This document shows, in pieces, positions 49,888 to 59,855 of a stretch of DNA of 64,000 nt. The notes beneath the pieces were generated by a model. It saw only the letters and a list, made by a program, of their open reading frames with translations. It made no database searches and was not told where the DNA came from. Source of the stretch: Neisseriaceae bacterium (GTDB lineage: Bacteria; Pseudomonadota; Gammaproteobacteria; Burkholderiales; Neisseriaceae); contig CP046107.1 in assembly GCA_016864895.1 (NCBI GenBank), positions 997,741 through 1,061,740 of the forward strand, given 5' to 3'. The translations under genes and the position numbers were made by a program. Within the stretch, counting starts at the first letter, position 1. Each line of letters starts with the position of its first letter.

Positions 49888-50898
49888 TTAAAAAGTAAAG
49901 CCTTGTTGTAGGTCTTGATCTTCTCCTGTTAGTTCCACTATTAATCGATATAATGGATGTAGTTCAGAATAACGACGGGTTGTTTGTTTCAAATACTGAA
50001 TAAATCTAGGAACTTCTGAAATATATTTATCTTTGTAGTCCCTATATTTCAAACGGGTAAAAATACCGGCTACCTTGAGGTGTCTTTGAACACCTGTCCA
50101 TTCATAACTTCGATAAAAAGCATCAAAAGAAGGATTGACAGGTAGATTTTTTTCCTTGGCTTGTTGCCAGTAATGTATGACTATGTCTAAGGTAAATTCT
50201 TCATCCCAATAAATAAAAGCATCTCGTGTGAGAGATATAATGTCATAGCAAATGCTACCCCAAACAGCATCCTGAAAATCGATAACACCTATTGATTGGT
50301 CAGGTAACAGCATTAGGTTTCTTATCATATAATCCCTGTGTACATATACATTAGCATGACTTAAAATTTCTGCTACTATTTTGTCTTTAGATTGTTGCCA
50401 TATTTCGGTTTGTTTACTGTTAAGCTGCTTATGATAGTATTGAGGAATACACCAAGTCACAAATAAATCCATTTCTTCATTTAATTTTGCTTTGGAGTAG
50501 AGGGGTAATTTATTTTCTTGAGAGATTTGTTGTAATTTTGTTAGTTCTGAAACTGATTTAAGTAATAATTCTCTATGTGTTTCATGGGAATTATTTTCTA
50601 ACATTAAACTAATAAATGAATCATTACCAAAGTCTTGTAAACACATGAAGCCAGCTTTTTGATTGACATGGTATATTTTGGGAACTTGAATAGAATGGAA
50701 CAGGCTTTGTACATGAATATAAGGATTCATATCAAATTTTTCGGGAGGGGCATCCATTAGAATAATTGAAGATCCATTGTCAAAAATGGCTCTATAATAC
50801 TTTCGGTAGTCAGCATCAGAAGCTGCAAATTTTATTTGGAAAGATTGGCTTGGATAAAGTGTTTGAACCCAGTCTATTAAATTATTTTCACGTTGCAT
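49888..50898 (-). CDS. Aminoglycoside-phosphotransferase-fold kinase, AmgK-like (anomeric MurNAc/GlcNAc kinase)
   Basis: 336 aa. SDADYRKYYR...IILMDAPP. Catalytic HRDYMIRNLM and IDFQDA. Divergent from lptD, as amgK is in Pseudomonas. Confidence 0.6.
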   Translation of the reverse strand: MQRENNLIDWVQTLYPSQSFQIKFAASDADYRKYYRAIFDNGSSIILMDAPPEKFDMNPYIHVQSLFHSIQVPKIYHVNQKAGFMCLQDFGNDSFISLMLENNSHETHRELLLKSVSELTKLQQISQENKLPLYSKAKLNEEMDLFVTWCIPQYYHKQLNSKQTEIWQQSKDKIVAEILSHANVYVHRDYMIRNLMLLPDQSIGVIDFQDAVWGSICYDIISLTRDAFIYWDEEFTLDIVIHYWQQAKEKNLPVNPSFDAFYRSYEWTGVQRHLKVAGIFTRLKYRDYKDKYISEVPRFIQYLKQTTRRYSELHPLYRLIVELTGEDQDLQQGFTF

Positions 50899-50965
50899 AT
50901 TATTTTATAGTAATTCAGGTTAAAATGAACACTATTTTAACTCATTTGTCCCAAAGGTTATAATT

Positions 50966-53347
50966 TTGTTTCGAGTAAAAAAAGTTGTGTGGCAGTTATT
51001 GCTAGCTCAAATTGGATTATGTTTCAGTGTTAGTTTGTCGGCGCCCTTGGAAGGATTCTCTGATAAAAGAGTATACAATAAGAAATTTATTAATGAATAT
51101 AATAATTTAACCGATAATAATACTTGCTCATCTAATGGTAGTAAATTTGTAGCTATTGATCCTATTCAAACCAGTCAGGAATCTCCACCTCATAGTGGAA
51201 GTGTGCGTTTTACATTTGACAAAAGTGTCGAGGGAAAGGGTTTGGAAGAAGTCTTAGTTGAAGGTAATGTTATCGTTGAGTATGATGATCAAGTCTTAAA
51301 TGCTAATAAAATTCTTTATAAAAATAATAAAATTATTACTTCAGATCCTTTTAAATTAAGGGATGGTAGTAAAATTTTTGCTGGGCACAGTTTAGAATAT
51401 GATTTAAGTACCAAATCAGGTAGTGTAGATGATTTTAAGTTTAATAGTCGGGGGAATAGGATATCTCTGCAAGGGGAAGGAAAAAAACTAGAAATTTTGC
51501 AAAAAAATTTTTATCGTTTAAAAAATGCACGTGTTAATACTTGTAATCCAGGAGATGATAGTTGGTATATAGAAGCGAAAGAAATTAATTTAGATTATGA
51601 TCATAATATAGGGGTAGCCAAAAAAATTAAATTTATTTTTAAGGGAGTTTCTGTAATGGCTGTTCCATGGTTTGATTTTCCATTAAATGGTAGTCGAAAA
51701 AGTGGGTTTCTGAATCCCATTGTAGGGATTAAGTCAGGAAATGGGTTAGAGTTTGGGTTACCTTATTACTTTAACTTAGCGCCCAATTATGATATGACGA
51801 TAACACCCCATCTGTACACAAAAAGGGGGATCGGTATTGATGGGGAGTTTAGGTATTTAGCTCTTAATTTCTTTGGTAGAATATCAGCGAGTTTTCTGCC
51901 AAGTGATAGAGTTGCAAAAAAAGAATTAAATAAAAGTAGTCGTTATGCTTTTGATTTTCAACATATTCAAAATTTGACACCCAAAATATCTCTGGGCATA
52001 GTTTATAATCAAGTATCTGATAATCATTATTTTAAGGATTTTGGTACTAGAACATCTTCTGCAGAGAATAATAACTTAAATCGACAATTATGGTTATCGT
52101 ATGGCGACCAGATCCTTGGAGGAGCATTTTTTGCATTCTTAACCTTCCAAAATTATCAAACATTACAAAATTCTAGTGATTCAACATATGAGCCGTATCA
52201 ACTGAGTCCCCAATTGACTCTAAGATGGTCTAAATTACTAGAGAATACAGCAGAAATAGATATTTTGGCACAAGTAAGTAATTTTGATCATCGTACGAAA
52301 CAAACAGGTATTAGAAGTTTGTTTTATCCCCGAGTGTCTTGGAATTTTTTCAATGAGTGGGGCTTTTTCAGACCTAGTTTGGGACTGCATTCTACTTATT
52401 ATCAATTAGACCATTATTGGCGAGTCGATAAGGATGGAACAAAAATTAATTTACCAAAAAGACATTTGTCTAGGGTGCTACCTATTTTCAGTATGGATGC
52501 TGGATTAATTTTTGAAAGACCTTTGACATTTAAAGAAAATCATTTTATACAAACACTTGAACCTAGGATTTTTTATACATATGTTCCCAAAAAAGAACAG
52601 GATCAATTCCCTAATTTTGATAGTGAAGAGGTAGACCCAACCTTTTCAAATCTATTTAGAATCAATAGATTTACTGGTTATGATAGGATTAGTGTTGCTA
52701 ATAATTTGTCTTATAGTTTGTTAACAAGATTTTATAGTTCAAGTAACGGAGTAGAGTTTTTTAGAACTGGGATAGGTCAACGTATTGACTTTGGAAAAGA
52801 TAATACGAGTTTAGAGGATGGTGCGCATAGTAGAAAGATCAGTTATGATACATTATTATTTGCTCAAAGTAGAATTACTGATAAAATCTCATTGCAGGCA
52901 GATTTATATTTTAATGCTAATCGTAAAGTAGATAATCGTTATGTGATAGGCTTAAGATATAATTCACAATTTGGTAAGCTGGTTAATTTGCTTTATAAAT
53001 ATGATAGAAATAGTTCTCGGATTAATCGAAACGATAACAAATTTGAACAAGTTGATTTTTCTTTTCGATGGCCAGTTGCTAATAAATATTCAATTGTTGG
53101 TAGATACAACTATTCTTTATCTGATAAAAAGTTATTAGAGGCCTTGGCAGGAGTTGAGTATGTTAGTGAGTGTCAATGTTGGGGATTTAATACAGTATTT
53201 CAAACTTATTTAGCAGAATATAATAAACGAAAAAATGCAGTATTTTTTCAGTTAAATTTGAGAGGTTTAGGCGGTTTTGGAGTGAATCCATTTAGTGAAT
53301 TGTATCGTTCCATACCGGGTTATCGTCTTAAGAGAGAGGTTAAATAA
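50966..53347 (+). CDS. lptD: LPS-assembly outer-membrane protein LptD
   Basis: 793 aa with a signal peptide. OstA-like N-terminal domain and large beta-barrel. Start is the TTG given in the ORF track (no nearby in-frame ATG). Confidence 0.9.
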   Translation: MFRVKKVVWQLLLAQIGLCFSVSLSAPLEGFSDKRVYNKKFINEYNNLTDNNTCSSNGSKFVAIDPIQTSQESPPHSGSVRFTFDKSVEGKGLEEVLVEGNVIVEYDDQVLNANKILYKNNKIITSDPFKLRDGSKIFAGHSLEYDLSTKSGSVDDFKFNSRGNRISLQGEGKKLEILQKNFYRLKNARVNTCNPGDDSWYIEAKEINLDYDHNIGVAKKIKFIFKGVSVMAVPWFDFPLNGSRKSGFLNPIVGIKSGNGLEFGLPYYFNLAPNYDMTITPHLYTKRGIGIDGEFRYLALNFFGRISASFLPSDRVAKKELNKSSRYAFDFQHIQNLTPKISLGIVYNQVSDNHYFKDFGTRTSSAENNNLNRQLWLSYGDQILGGAFFAFLTFQNYQTLQNSSDSTYEPYQLSPQLTLRWSKLLENTAEIDILAQVSNFDHRTKQTGIRSLFYPRVSWNFFNEWGFFRPSLGLHSTYYQLDHYWRVDKDGTKINLPKRHLSRVLPIFSMDAGLIFERPLTFKENHFIQTLEPRIFYTYVPKKEQDQFPNFDSEEVDPTFSNLFRINRFTGYDRISVANNLSYSLLTRFYSSSNGVEFFRTGIGQRIDFGKDNTSLEDGAHSRKISYDTLLFAQSRITDKISLQADLYFNANRKVDNRYVIGLRYNSQFGKLVNLLYKYDRNSSRINRNDNKFEQVDFSFRWPVANKYSIVGRYNYSLSDKKLLEALAGVEYVSECQCWGFNTVFQTYLAEYNKRKNAVFFQLNLRGLGGFGVNPFSELYRSIPGYRLKREVK

Positions 53348-53350
53348 TAT

Positions 53351-53974
53351 ATGAGTTTAAAGTGGCTAAGTGCTGTACTAATGGGGTTTGGTTTGTTGAG
53401 TGCTAACGCAGCATCTGTACGATGGGTTGACCAGATTGTAGTGGTGGTCAATCAAGATGTAATTACCCAAAGGGATATTAATGATATTAGTCATCAGATT
53501 GTAGCCCAAGTCCCTAAGTCTGAGCTAAAAAAAATAGATGTTAAACAGGTAGCTATTGACAATTTAATTCAGCAAAGACTACTAAAACAGGCAGCAGAAA
53601 ATATGCAGGTTACTGTTTCGGAGAAGGACATTGATGCCGAGGTTGCAAAAATAGCTACTTCTAATAAGATGACACCAGAGCAGTTTTATAAAGCAATTTC
53701 AAGAGAGGGTGTTCCTGAGGCAATGCTAAGGGCGACTATTAAGGATAATTTAATGGTAGAGGCTCTGGCAAAAGAGGTGTCGAAAGGTCAAATTGAAGTT
53801 ACTGAAACAGAAATAGAAGCTTTATTGAATCAAAATAAAATGCCTGTCACACAGAAAAATAAAGAAGATGCTAGAAACTTTATTGCCAATAGGAAGCAAC
53901 AAGAAATTTTATCAGGTATTGTACAAGACCTGAAAAATAGAGCTTATATCGAATACAGAGAAAAACCATATTGA
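53351..53974 (+). CDS. surA: SurA-like periplasmic chaperone consisting only of the N-terminal/C-terminal core (no parvulin domains)
   Basis: 207 aa. Signal peptide. The SurA_N pattern VDQIVVVVNQDVITQRDIND...QQRLLKQAAE...VSEKDIDAEV. Its position between lptD and pdxA. Confidence 0.7.
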   Translation: MSLKWLSAVLMGFGLLSANAASVRWVDQIVVVVNQDVITQRDINDISHQIVAQVPKSELKKIDVKQVAIDNLIQQRLLKQAAENMQVTVSEKDIDAEVAKIATSNKMTPEQFYKAISREGVPEAMLRATIKDNLMVEALAKEVSKGQIEVTETEIEALLNQNKMPVTQKNKEDARNFIANRKQQEILSGIVQDLKNRAYIEYREKPY

Positions 53975-53987
53975 TATTCATAAATAG

Positions 53988-54956
53988 ATGAAAATAGATC
54001 AAGCTCAGATTCCTTTAGCAATCACAAGTGGAGAGCCTGCTGGAATTGGGCTTGATATTTGTTTAGGTATTCTTGATACTAAGTTTGACTATCCGATTGA
54101 GATATTAGTTGATTTTGAATCTTTAGAACAGAGAGCTAAAGAGCTTAAGAGGTATGAGTTCTTGTATCCATACTTCAGAGGAGAGAATCCTAATATTACT
54201 TTTAAAAATATATCAGTTCGGGAGAAGGTTATCTCTGGGCAGTTGAATGTTAAAAATGCCTCGTATGTTTTGGCACTCTTAGATCAGGCTGTAGAAGGTA
54301 TTGAAAATGGCGTTTATGCAGGTATAGTGACCTGTCCAATACATAAAGGGATTATTAACGCAAGTGGTATTCCCTTTACTGGGCATACTGAATATTTTCA
54401 AAATAAAGCAGGCGTTGAAAAAGTTGTTATGATGTTGTCTGATGGGCAATTAAATGTTGCCTTGGTAACTACGCATTTACCGTTGAGTCAAGTAGCTAAA
54501 ACAATTAGTTCTGAACTAATAATAAAAGTTGTTCGTATTATTAATCAGGAATTTAAGTCAAAATTTAAAATACACGCACCCAGAATATTGGTAACAGGAT
54601 TAAATCCACATGCTGGTGAAAATGGTTATTTGGGAATGGAAGAGATAGATGTGATCATCCCTGCCATAACCCATCTGAAAAACGAAAATATTTTAGTATT
54701 CGGTCCTTATTCTTCGGATACAGTATTTCAAAAGGAACTCATTGAAAGTAGTGATGTTATTTTAACAATGTATCATGATCAGGGATTACCAGTTATTAAA
54801 TATGCTTCATTTGAAAAAGCAGTAAACATTACATTAGGGTTACCGTATGTCAGAACATCTGTTGATCATGGGACAGCTTTGGAATTGGCGGGAACAGGAA
54901 AGGCAAATGCTAGTAGTTTAATCCACGCAATTAATGTAGCAAGTCATATGATTTGA
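53988..54956 (+). CDS. pdxA: 4-hydroxythreonine-4-phosphate dehydrogenase
   Basis: 322 aa. ITSGEPAGIG, GLNPHAGENG, MYHDQGL, TSVDHGTA. Confidence 0.92.
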   Translation: MKIDQAQIPLAITSGEPAGIGLDICLGILDTKFDYPIEILVDFESLEQRAKELKRYEFLYPYFRGENPNITFKNISVREKVISGQLNVKNASYVLALLDQAVEGIENGVYAGIVTCPIHKGIINASGIPFTGHTEYFQNKAGVEKVVMMLSDGQLNVALVTTHLPLSQVAKTISSELIIKVVRIINQEFKSKFKIHAPRILVTGLNPHAGENGYLGMEEIDVIIPAITHLKNENILVFGPYSSDTVFQKELIESSDVILTMYHDQGLPVIKYASFEKAVNITLGLPYVRTSVDHGTALELAGTGKANASSLIHAINVASHMI

Positions 54957-54963
54957 GCAATTT

Positions 54964-55734
54964 ATGAGAATGGTGCCTTATATAGAGTTTAGAAATGTTA
55001 CTTTTTTGTATACAGAAAAGGAGGTATTACATGACATAAATTTTTCTGTATATGAAGGAGATTTTGTTTGTATTATAGGAGGATCAGGTTCAGGGAAAAC
55101 AACGTTACTGAAATTGATATCTGGTGAAATTTATCCTAAAAAAGGTGAAGTCTTAATAAAAGGAAAATCAATTTCAGATTTTTCAAAAGCTGAACTACAT
55201 AAGTATCGTAAGAGTATGGGTTATCTATTTCAACAAGGTGCTTTATTTACTGATTTGAATGTATATGATAACGTTGCGTTTCCAATTAGAGAGCATACCT
55301 CCTTATGTGAAAAAGAAATCGAAGCTATTGTAGAAAATAAATTACTTTCAGTTGATTTAGGAGGTGTAGAAAGATTATATCCAGCAGAGTTATCGGGGGG
55401 TATGATCAAGAGAGTTGCACTAGCAAGGGCAATTGCTTTAAATCCTAGTTTATTATTATATGATGAACCATTTGCAGGTTTAGATCCTATTGTGTTGATG
55501 AAAATTGCAAAGTTAATAGGTAGAACAAATCAAAATATTAATGCTACTAGTATCATGGTGACACATAATATCAGAGAATCTTTGCCATTGGCTGACAAAG
55601 TTATTTTACTGTCACAAAATAGGATTGTTTTTGATGGAAGCCCTGAAGATATTTTGAAAAATAGAAATTCAATAGTACAGGAATTTTTACGAGCGGCATC
55701 TATCCCTTTGGCATTGTTAGATGTAGGAAGTTGA
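54964..55734 (+). CDS. mlaF: Phospholipid ABC transporter ATPase MlaF
   Basis: Walker A GGSGSGKTT, signature LSGGMIKR, Walker B LLLYDEP. Followed by mlaE, mlaD and mlaC. Confidence 0.85.
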   Translation: MRMVPYIEFRNVTFLYTEKEVLHDINFSVYEGDFVCIIGGSGSGKTTLLKLISGEIYPKKGEVLIKGKSISDFSKAELHKYRKSMGYLFQQGALFTDLNVYDNVAFPIREHTSLCEKEIEAIVENKLLSVDLGGVERLYPAELSGGMIKRVALARAIALNPSLLLYDEPFAGLDPIVLMKIAKLIGRTNQNINATSIMVTHNIRESLPLADKVILLSQNRIVFDGSPEDILKNRNSIVQEFLRAASIPLALLDVGS

Positions 55735-55735
55735 T

Positions 55736-56515
55736 ATGTTTGGTACGATTAGAGCCATAGGTCGACAGGTAATACAATTTAATATACAAATTGGGCAAAT
55801 CGTATTATTATTATTTTCGGTATTATTTCAATCAGTTAAAAATTTATTAAAGCCGACATTGGTTATAAAAGAAATTTATGTCTTTGGTTGTTCCTCTATA
55901 AGTATTATTGTTTTTTGTGGATTGTTTTTAGGATTAGTTCTGGGACTACAGGCCTATAATTCACTTATTTTGTTTAATGCAGAGTCTAGTTTAGGTGCCT
56001 TGGTCGGTATTTCTGTATTAAGAGAGATAGGGCCAGTTTTAGCTGCTATTTTATTTGCAAGTAGTGCTGGCAGTGCTATGACGAGTGAAATAGGTTTAAT
56101 GAAGAGTACAGATCAGTTAAGTGCATTAGAGGTAATGGGCGTAAACCCCATTGAGAGGGTTATAGGGCCTAGATTTCTGGCAGGTATTATTTCCGTACCA
56201 CTTTTAACTTTGGTATATAATGCTTTTGCTATACTAGGAACATATTTAATGGCAGTGGTATTGTATGGATTGGACAGAAACATCTTTTGGGGACAAATGC
56301 AATCTGCCATTTCGGTATCTTATGATTTATCAGGATCCATCATTAAGTCACTAGTATTTGGTATATTAATTTCCTTGATTGCAGTTTACAATGGATTGTA
56401 TGCTTGTCCAACTCCTAATGGAATTTTAAAAGCAACCAATCACACGGTTGTATGGTGTTCATTGTATATTTTGGTAACAGATTTTATATTAACAGTATTT
56501 TTATTTACGGGTTAA
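55736..56515 (+). CDS. mlaE: Phospholipid ABC transporter permease MlaE
   Basis: 259 aa. MlaE-type blocks REIGPVLAAILFASSAGSAMTSEIG and MGVNPIE. Confidence 0.88.
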   Translation: MFGTIRAIGRQVIQFNIQIGQIVLLLFSVLFQSVKNLLKPTLVIKEIYVFGCSSISIIVFCGLFLGLVLGLQAYNSLILFNAESSLGALVGISVLREIGPVLAAILFASSAGSAMTSEIGLMKSTDQLSALEVMGVNPIERVIGPRFLAGIISVPLLTLVYNAFAILGTYLMAVVLYGLDRNIFWGQMQSAISVSYDLSGSIIKSLVFGILISLIAVYNGLYACPTPNGILKATNHTVVWCSLYILVTDFILTVFLFTG

Positions 56516-56519
56516 TGGG

Positions 56520-56990
56520 ATGAGAGAAAAACATATTGAGTTCTCTGTTGGGTTACTGGTGGTTTTGAGCTTTTTTGCTATTATTTTTTTGTGCATGAAG
56601 GTAGCTGGGGATAAATACCATTTTGTTTCGGATGAAGGTAGTTACCAGGTATTTTCTTATTTTAACAATATCGGTAATTTGAAGATAGGTGCTCCTGTTA
56701 GGGCATCAGGCGTTTTAGTAGGTAGAGTGAATAACATCACTTTAGATGTCAAAAGCTATCAAGCAAAAGTTGAATTATCTATCAATAAACAGTATTCTTT
56801 TTCTCAAGACACTTCCGCCTCTATATTAACAATGGGGATATTAGGAGAACAGTACATTGGGTTACAGCAAGGAGGAGATACTGATAACTTACAACCGGGG
56901 GACACAATTAGTGTAACAAATTCTGCAGTTGTTATCGAGGAATTATTAAATAAAATTGTTGTTAATTTTTTAGGTCAAATAAGAAAATGA
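56520..56990 (+). CDS. mlaD: MCE-domain protein MlaD
   Basis: 156 aa. N-terminal TM segment followed by an MCE domain (GAPVRASGVLVGRVNNI). Confidence 0.85.
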   Translation: MREKHIEFSVGLLVVLSFFAIIFLCMKVAGDKYHFVSDEGSYQVFSYFNNIGNLKIGAPVRASGVLVGRVNNITLDVKSYQAKVELSINKQYSFSQDTSASILTMGILGEQYIGLQQGGDTDNLQPGDTISVTNSAVVIEELLNKIVVNFLGQIRK

Positions 56991-57011
56991 CACTTTAATT
57001 TAGTTAAGAAT

Positions 57012-57665
57012 ATGAAGATAATAAAATTTTTTATACTGGAATTGTTATTATTTTTACCATTAAGTGTATTAGCTAAAGGCAATATTAGTCTCATGAATAC
57101 GCCGTCAGAAGCGGTAAAAGTTTTAACTGATACTATTGCTGATGTGGTGGGTTTAATGTCCTCAGATAATGGAAATAATAATGATGACATTAAAAGGAAA
57201 GTAGTTGATCAGACTGTGGACTTATTTGATTTTAATCGAATTACTGCTTTAGCAGTTGGCTTTCCGTGGAAAAATGCAACTTTAGACCAAAAAATGCTCT
57301 TGAGTAAGGAGTTCAGATGTAAATTGATTAATGCCTATTATAATGTATTTATTCATGTGAGAGATACCAAGGTTGAAATTAAACAGAATCCAATTATTAA
57401 GAATAAGCGCAGAGAGATTATCATTCAATCTACAGCAACGTCAGTAAGATCTGATGTTGGGGATCCTATTGAAATAGATTATTTTCTTTATAAAACTGAG
57501 CAAGGATATAAAATTTACAATATTAATGTACAGGGTATTAGTTTGGTAACTACATATCGTGGACAATTTTCTGAAATTATTCAAGAAAGTGGAGTTGATG
57601 GATTAATTCAAAGTCTCCAAGAAGAGAATAATCAATTGAATCAATCGAAGAAAAAGCTTGAATGA
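57012..57665 (+). CDS. mlaC: Periplasmic phospholipid-binding protein MlaC
   Basis: 217 aa with a signal peptide. Collinear with E. coli MlaC (F..F....AYY......V...Q, YKIYNINVQGISLVTTYR, GVDGLIQSLQ). Confidence 0.8.
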   Translation: MKIIKFFILELLLFLPLSVLAKGNISLMNTPSEAVKVLTDTIADVVGLMSSDNGNNNDDIKRKVVDQTVDLFDFNRITALAVGFPWKNATLDQKMLLSKEFRCKLINAYYNVFIHVRDTKVEIKQNPIIKNKRREIIIQSTATSVRSDVGDPIEIDYFLYKTEQGYKIYNINVQGISLVTTYRGQFSEIIQESGVDGLIQSLQEENNQLNQSKKKLE

Positions 57666-57867
57666 TACTTAAGATAGTTGTTTACTTATTGATTTAAAAA
57701 GAGTAAATAGTGTAAGATTTGTGTTATATTACAATTAGATAGACTTTATTTGGGAGACTAGTTTGTGACTATAAATTTTCATATCTTTGGAACTTTAGCA
57801 AAAATTTAGGGTAGTCTGATTGTTGTTTTCTATTGCAGAATCTGAGTAGTGAATCAATAAAGGAGTA

Positions 57868-58281
57868 ATGGTGATTTTTAAAACTGTTATCAAGGTTAGA
57901 GGCTTTCATTTAGATTTATACCGTCATGTTAATAATGCAAGATATTTGGAGTTTTTGGAAGAAGCTAGATGGGACATGATTGATAGTACCGATATTCTGT
58001 CAGACTTACATTGTAAGCATTTAGGGTTTGTAATTGTTAATATCAATATTAACTATCGATCCCCTGCAGTGTTTGGTGATGAACTTGAGATACAATCAAA
58101 AATTAAAAAATTTAGTGAGAGGAAAGGTGTTATAGAGCAGATAATTATTAATTCTAAAACAAACTGTATAGTATTAGATGCTATGGTTACATATGTAATT
58201 TTGGATTTAAATACCCAAAAAGTTGGCCAGTTAGATGACGATTTAATGCAACGATTTTCTAAGTTAGTTGAAGAAGAATAA
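57868..58281 (+). CDS. 4HBT/YbgC-type acyl-CoA thioesterase
   Basis: 137 aa. VRGFHLDLYRHVNNARYLEFLEEARW is the typical hot-dog thioesterase N-terminus. Confidence 0.7.
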   Translation: MVIFKTVIKVRGFHLDLYRHVNNARYLEFLEEARWDMIDSTDILSDLHCKHLGFVIVNININYRSPAVFGDELEIQSKIKKFSERKGVIEQIIINSKTNCIVLDAMVTYVILDLNTQKVGQLDDDLMQRFSKLVEEE

Positions 58282-58333
58282 TGATTATGATGATATAAAA
58301 TCACTGCCTTGTTGTGTAAGGTAAAATTAAGTT

Positions 58334-59173
58334 ATGCAAATAGATTTACATTTTCATTCAAACTTTTCTGATGGAATTTATACCCCAAAAGAATTGATAG
58401 AGCGAGCTAATGAGAATCATGCTGAATTATTAGCTTTAACTGATCATGACAATATAGGTGGTCTAGAAGAAGCAAGAATTGTATCAGACAAACTGGGTAT
58501 AGCATTTGTTAATGGGGTAGAAATTTCTGTTACTTGGCGCAATAAAGTCATACATGTGATTGGACTTGATTTTGACCTGGATTACCTTCCCTTAATAAGA
58601 TTAATTGATGAAATTAGAAGTGTAAGACTAAAACGCCTTTCCTTAATATCTGAGAAATTAGAAAATATTGGAATTCGTGGTGTGTACCAAGGTGCTTTAG
58701 AATTATCTTCACATCCTGATACGGTAGGTAGAAGACATATGGCAGAATATTTGGTCAGTCAGGGAGTTGTATCTTCTATTCAACAAGCTTTCAATAAGTA
58801 CCTAGGGGAAGGGAAGAAAGGCTATGTTAAAACGGAATGGGGTTCGTTACAAGAAGTCGTAAGATTAATTGTAGAGGCAGGAGGGATAGCTGTGCTGGCT
58901 CACCCTTTACGCTACAATTTGACCCTAGCCAAAATACGTCAGTTCCTAGATGAATTTATTGTTTATGGTGGGCAAGGTATAGAAGTAGGTTGTAGTGGTC
59001 ATGATTATAATGAGATAATGACAGTTTCATTGTTAGCTGAGCAATATAATTTATTAGCTTCTTCAGGTAGTGACTTTCATGGGCATGAATATGGTTGTCA
59101 TAGAAAAATAGGTGTGACACCTGATTTGCCAATAGAATGTCGTCCCATATGGGATGTATTTAAATTTAACTAG
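58334..59173 (+). CDS. PHP-domain phosphoesterase (TrpH/YciV, RNase AM-like)
   Basis: 279 aa. MQIDLHFHSNFSDG, LALTDHD, VLAHP. Confidence 0.8.
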   Translation: MQIDLHFHSNFSDGIYTPKELIERANENHAELLALTDHDNIGGLEEARIVSDKLGIAFVNGVEISVTWRNKVIHVIGLDFDLDYLPLIRLIDEIRSVRLKRLSLISEKLENIGIRGVYQGALELSSHPDTVGRRHMAEYLVSQGVVSSIQQAFNKYLGEGKKGYVKTEWGSLQEVVRLIVEAGGIAVLAHPLRYNLTLAKIRQFLDEFIVYGGQGIEVGCSGHDYNEIMTVSLLAEQYNLLASSGSDFHGHEYGCHRKIGVTPDLPIECRPIWDVFKFN

Positions 59174-59180
59174 GATACTT

Positions 59181-59855
59181 ATGGATATAGCAGATATCAT
59201 TTATAAAGTTTGTGTGTATACTATTCCTATGGTTTTGGCAGTTACTGTGCATGAAACAGCACATGGTTATGTAGCCAAGAAAAATGGTGATGATACAGCA
59301 AAAAATGCAGGGAGGTTAACATTAAATCCGTTGGCTCATATAGATCCAATAGGGACAGTTGTGTTACCACTACTTTTATTAGTTCTGAAAGTGCCCTTTT
59401 TATTCGGATGGGCCAAGCCTGTACCGATCAACCCTTCCCGATTCAAAGACTACCGAAAAGGGATGAGGCAAGTTGCAGCCTCAGGCCCTTTATCTAACTT
59501 ACTTATGGTATTTGTTTGGGCTGCACTCTTTGTTGGCACTTCTTACCTATCAAAAAATCAAGACTCTAATTTAGTATCCTTCATCAGGGAAATGTCCCAA
59601 TTTGGTATTGTTATTAATGCAGTGTTATGTGTGTTTAATCTGATGCCTATTCCACCTTTAGATGGAAGTCGTGTCATCAGTAGTTATTTGAGTCCAGAAG
59701 CTTATAGTCAATATATGAAGTTAGAGCCGTATGGTCTTTGGATAGTAATAGCCGCCTTGTTTTTAGGTTTATTCCAGGTGATATGGCCGATTGTTGGTTG
59801 GATAATCCGGATGGCGATTACATTTTTTGATAATATTTTTCAATGGATTATATAG
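59181..59855 (+). CDS. Site-2 protease (M50)-family membrane metalloprotease
   Basis: HETAHG (HExxH) in the first TM region, several TM segments, and a NLMPIPPLDG motif. Confidence 0.7.
   Translation: MDIADIIYKVCVYTIPMVLAVTVHETAHGYVAKKNGDDTAKNAGRLTLNPLAHIDPIGTVVLPLLLLVLKVPFLFGWAKPVPINPSRFKDYRKGMRQVAASGPLSNLLMVFVWAALFVGTSYLSKNQDSNLVSFIREMSQFGIVINAVLCVFNLMPIPPLDGSRVISSYLSPEAYSQYMKLEPYGLWIVIAALFLGLFQVIWPIVGWIIRMAITFFDNIFQWII

Noticed and set aside
49229-49935. Shared 16-mer TTGATCTTCTCCTGTT at about 49235 (intergenic) and about 49915 (inside the amgK-like gene).
   Set aside because: A single exact 16-mer match is about what chance predicts for 64 kb searched on both strands in biased-composition DNA. 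No extended similarity surrounds it.
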